Below, one piece after another: positions 63,646 to 64,000 of a stretch of 64,000 nucleotides of DNA. The first letter of the stretch is position 1, and each line of letters begins with the position of its first letter. This DNA is from Felis catus (taxonomy: Eukaryota). The stretch lies in the NCBI RefSeq assembly GCF_018350175.1, contig NC_058368.1:157420001-157484000 (forward strand), read 5' to 3'. A program made the translations under genes and the position numbers. The notes below the pieces were generated by a model. It worked only from the letters and a program-made list of their open reading frames with translations, made no database searches and was not told the origin of the DNA.

Positions 63646-64000
63646 AGAGGGGTGTCTTTGCTGCTGATTCAAAGGACAGACTCACGAACTAGGAAGAACA
63701 GCTTTACTTAACATCTTCTCAGTGTATCTACTTAAAAAACCCAACTCTACCAGCTGATTCCCAAACGTCATACTTCTGTTCAATGGAAAGAAATGAAAGT
63801 GAAATTCATTTGGTAACTAGAATGTATAATTATTTTGTGCTTTTACTATGGTGACCAGATATCCCTATATCAGGTAGTCAAAGTATTAGAGTACTTGACA
63901 AAATAAACTTTCAGGGCCATCTTGACTTTGAGGGCTTCCAGGCCCCATAGGAAAGCTGAGGAGATTAGTACAAACATGGGCTGACAGCCAGACAAAGGTG

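Noticed and set aside
42300..64000. Exons of neighbouring genes or lncRNAs expected from human synteny (e.g. ELL2)
   Set aside because: No coding exon or other recognisable sequence evidence was found in this window.
1..64000. CRISPR arrays, operons or prokaryotic defence systems
   Set aside because: The sequence is mammalian, with spliced exons and SINE/LINE content. There is no repeat-spacer array.

Overview
Mammalian (carnivore, very probably felid) genomic DNA, judged from SINEC_Fc-type SINEs and an L1_Fc-type LINE. The only protein-coding gene I can support is glutaredoxin-1 (GLRX) on the minus strand: CDS exon 17293-17087, CDS exon 12456-12343 and a non-coding 3' exon from 9652 to about 9040, giving a 106-aa protein with the CPYC active site. 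The rest is intronic or intergenic and rich in repeats. It holds a full-length but disabled L1 (36042-~42260; ORF1 intact, ORF2 broken and carrying a nested SINE), a truncated inverted L1 at the left edge, about 25 CanSINEs and many old L1M/L2/MIR/MLT/MER5/mariner/hAT relics. Almost all short ORFs in the track are repeat-derived or chance. I found no wholly new biological system. The best leads are an ORF0-like antisense ORF with a consensus phase-0 splice donor in the L1 5' UTR pointing at GLRX, inverted SINEs bracketing GLRX exon 2, a chain of palindromes at the start of the GLRX 3' UTR, a 113-bp local duplication, an ETS-IRF/ISRE element in the promoter and a consensus CTCF site in a CpG-rich patch. 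Subfamily names and human comparisons come from memory, not from database searches. Boundaries of old repeats are approximate.
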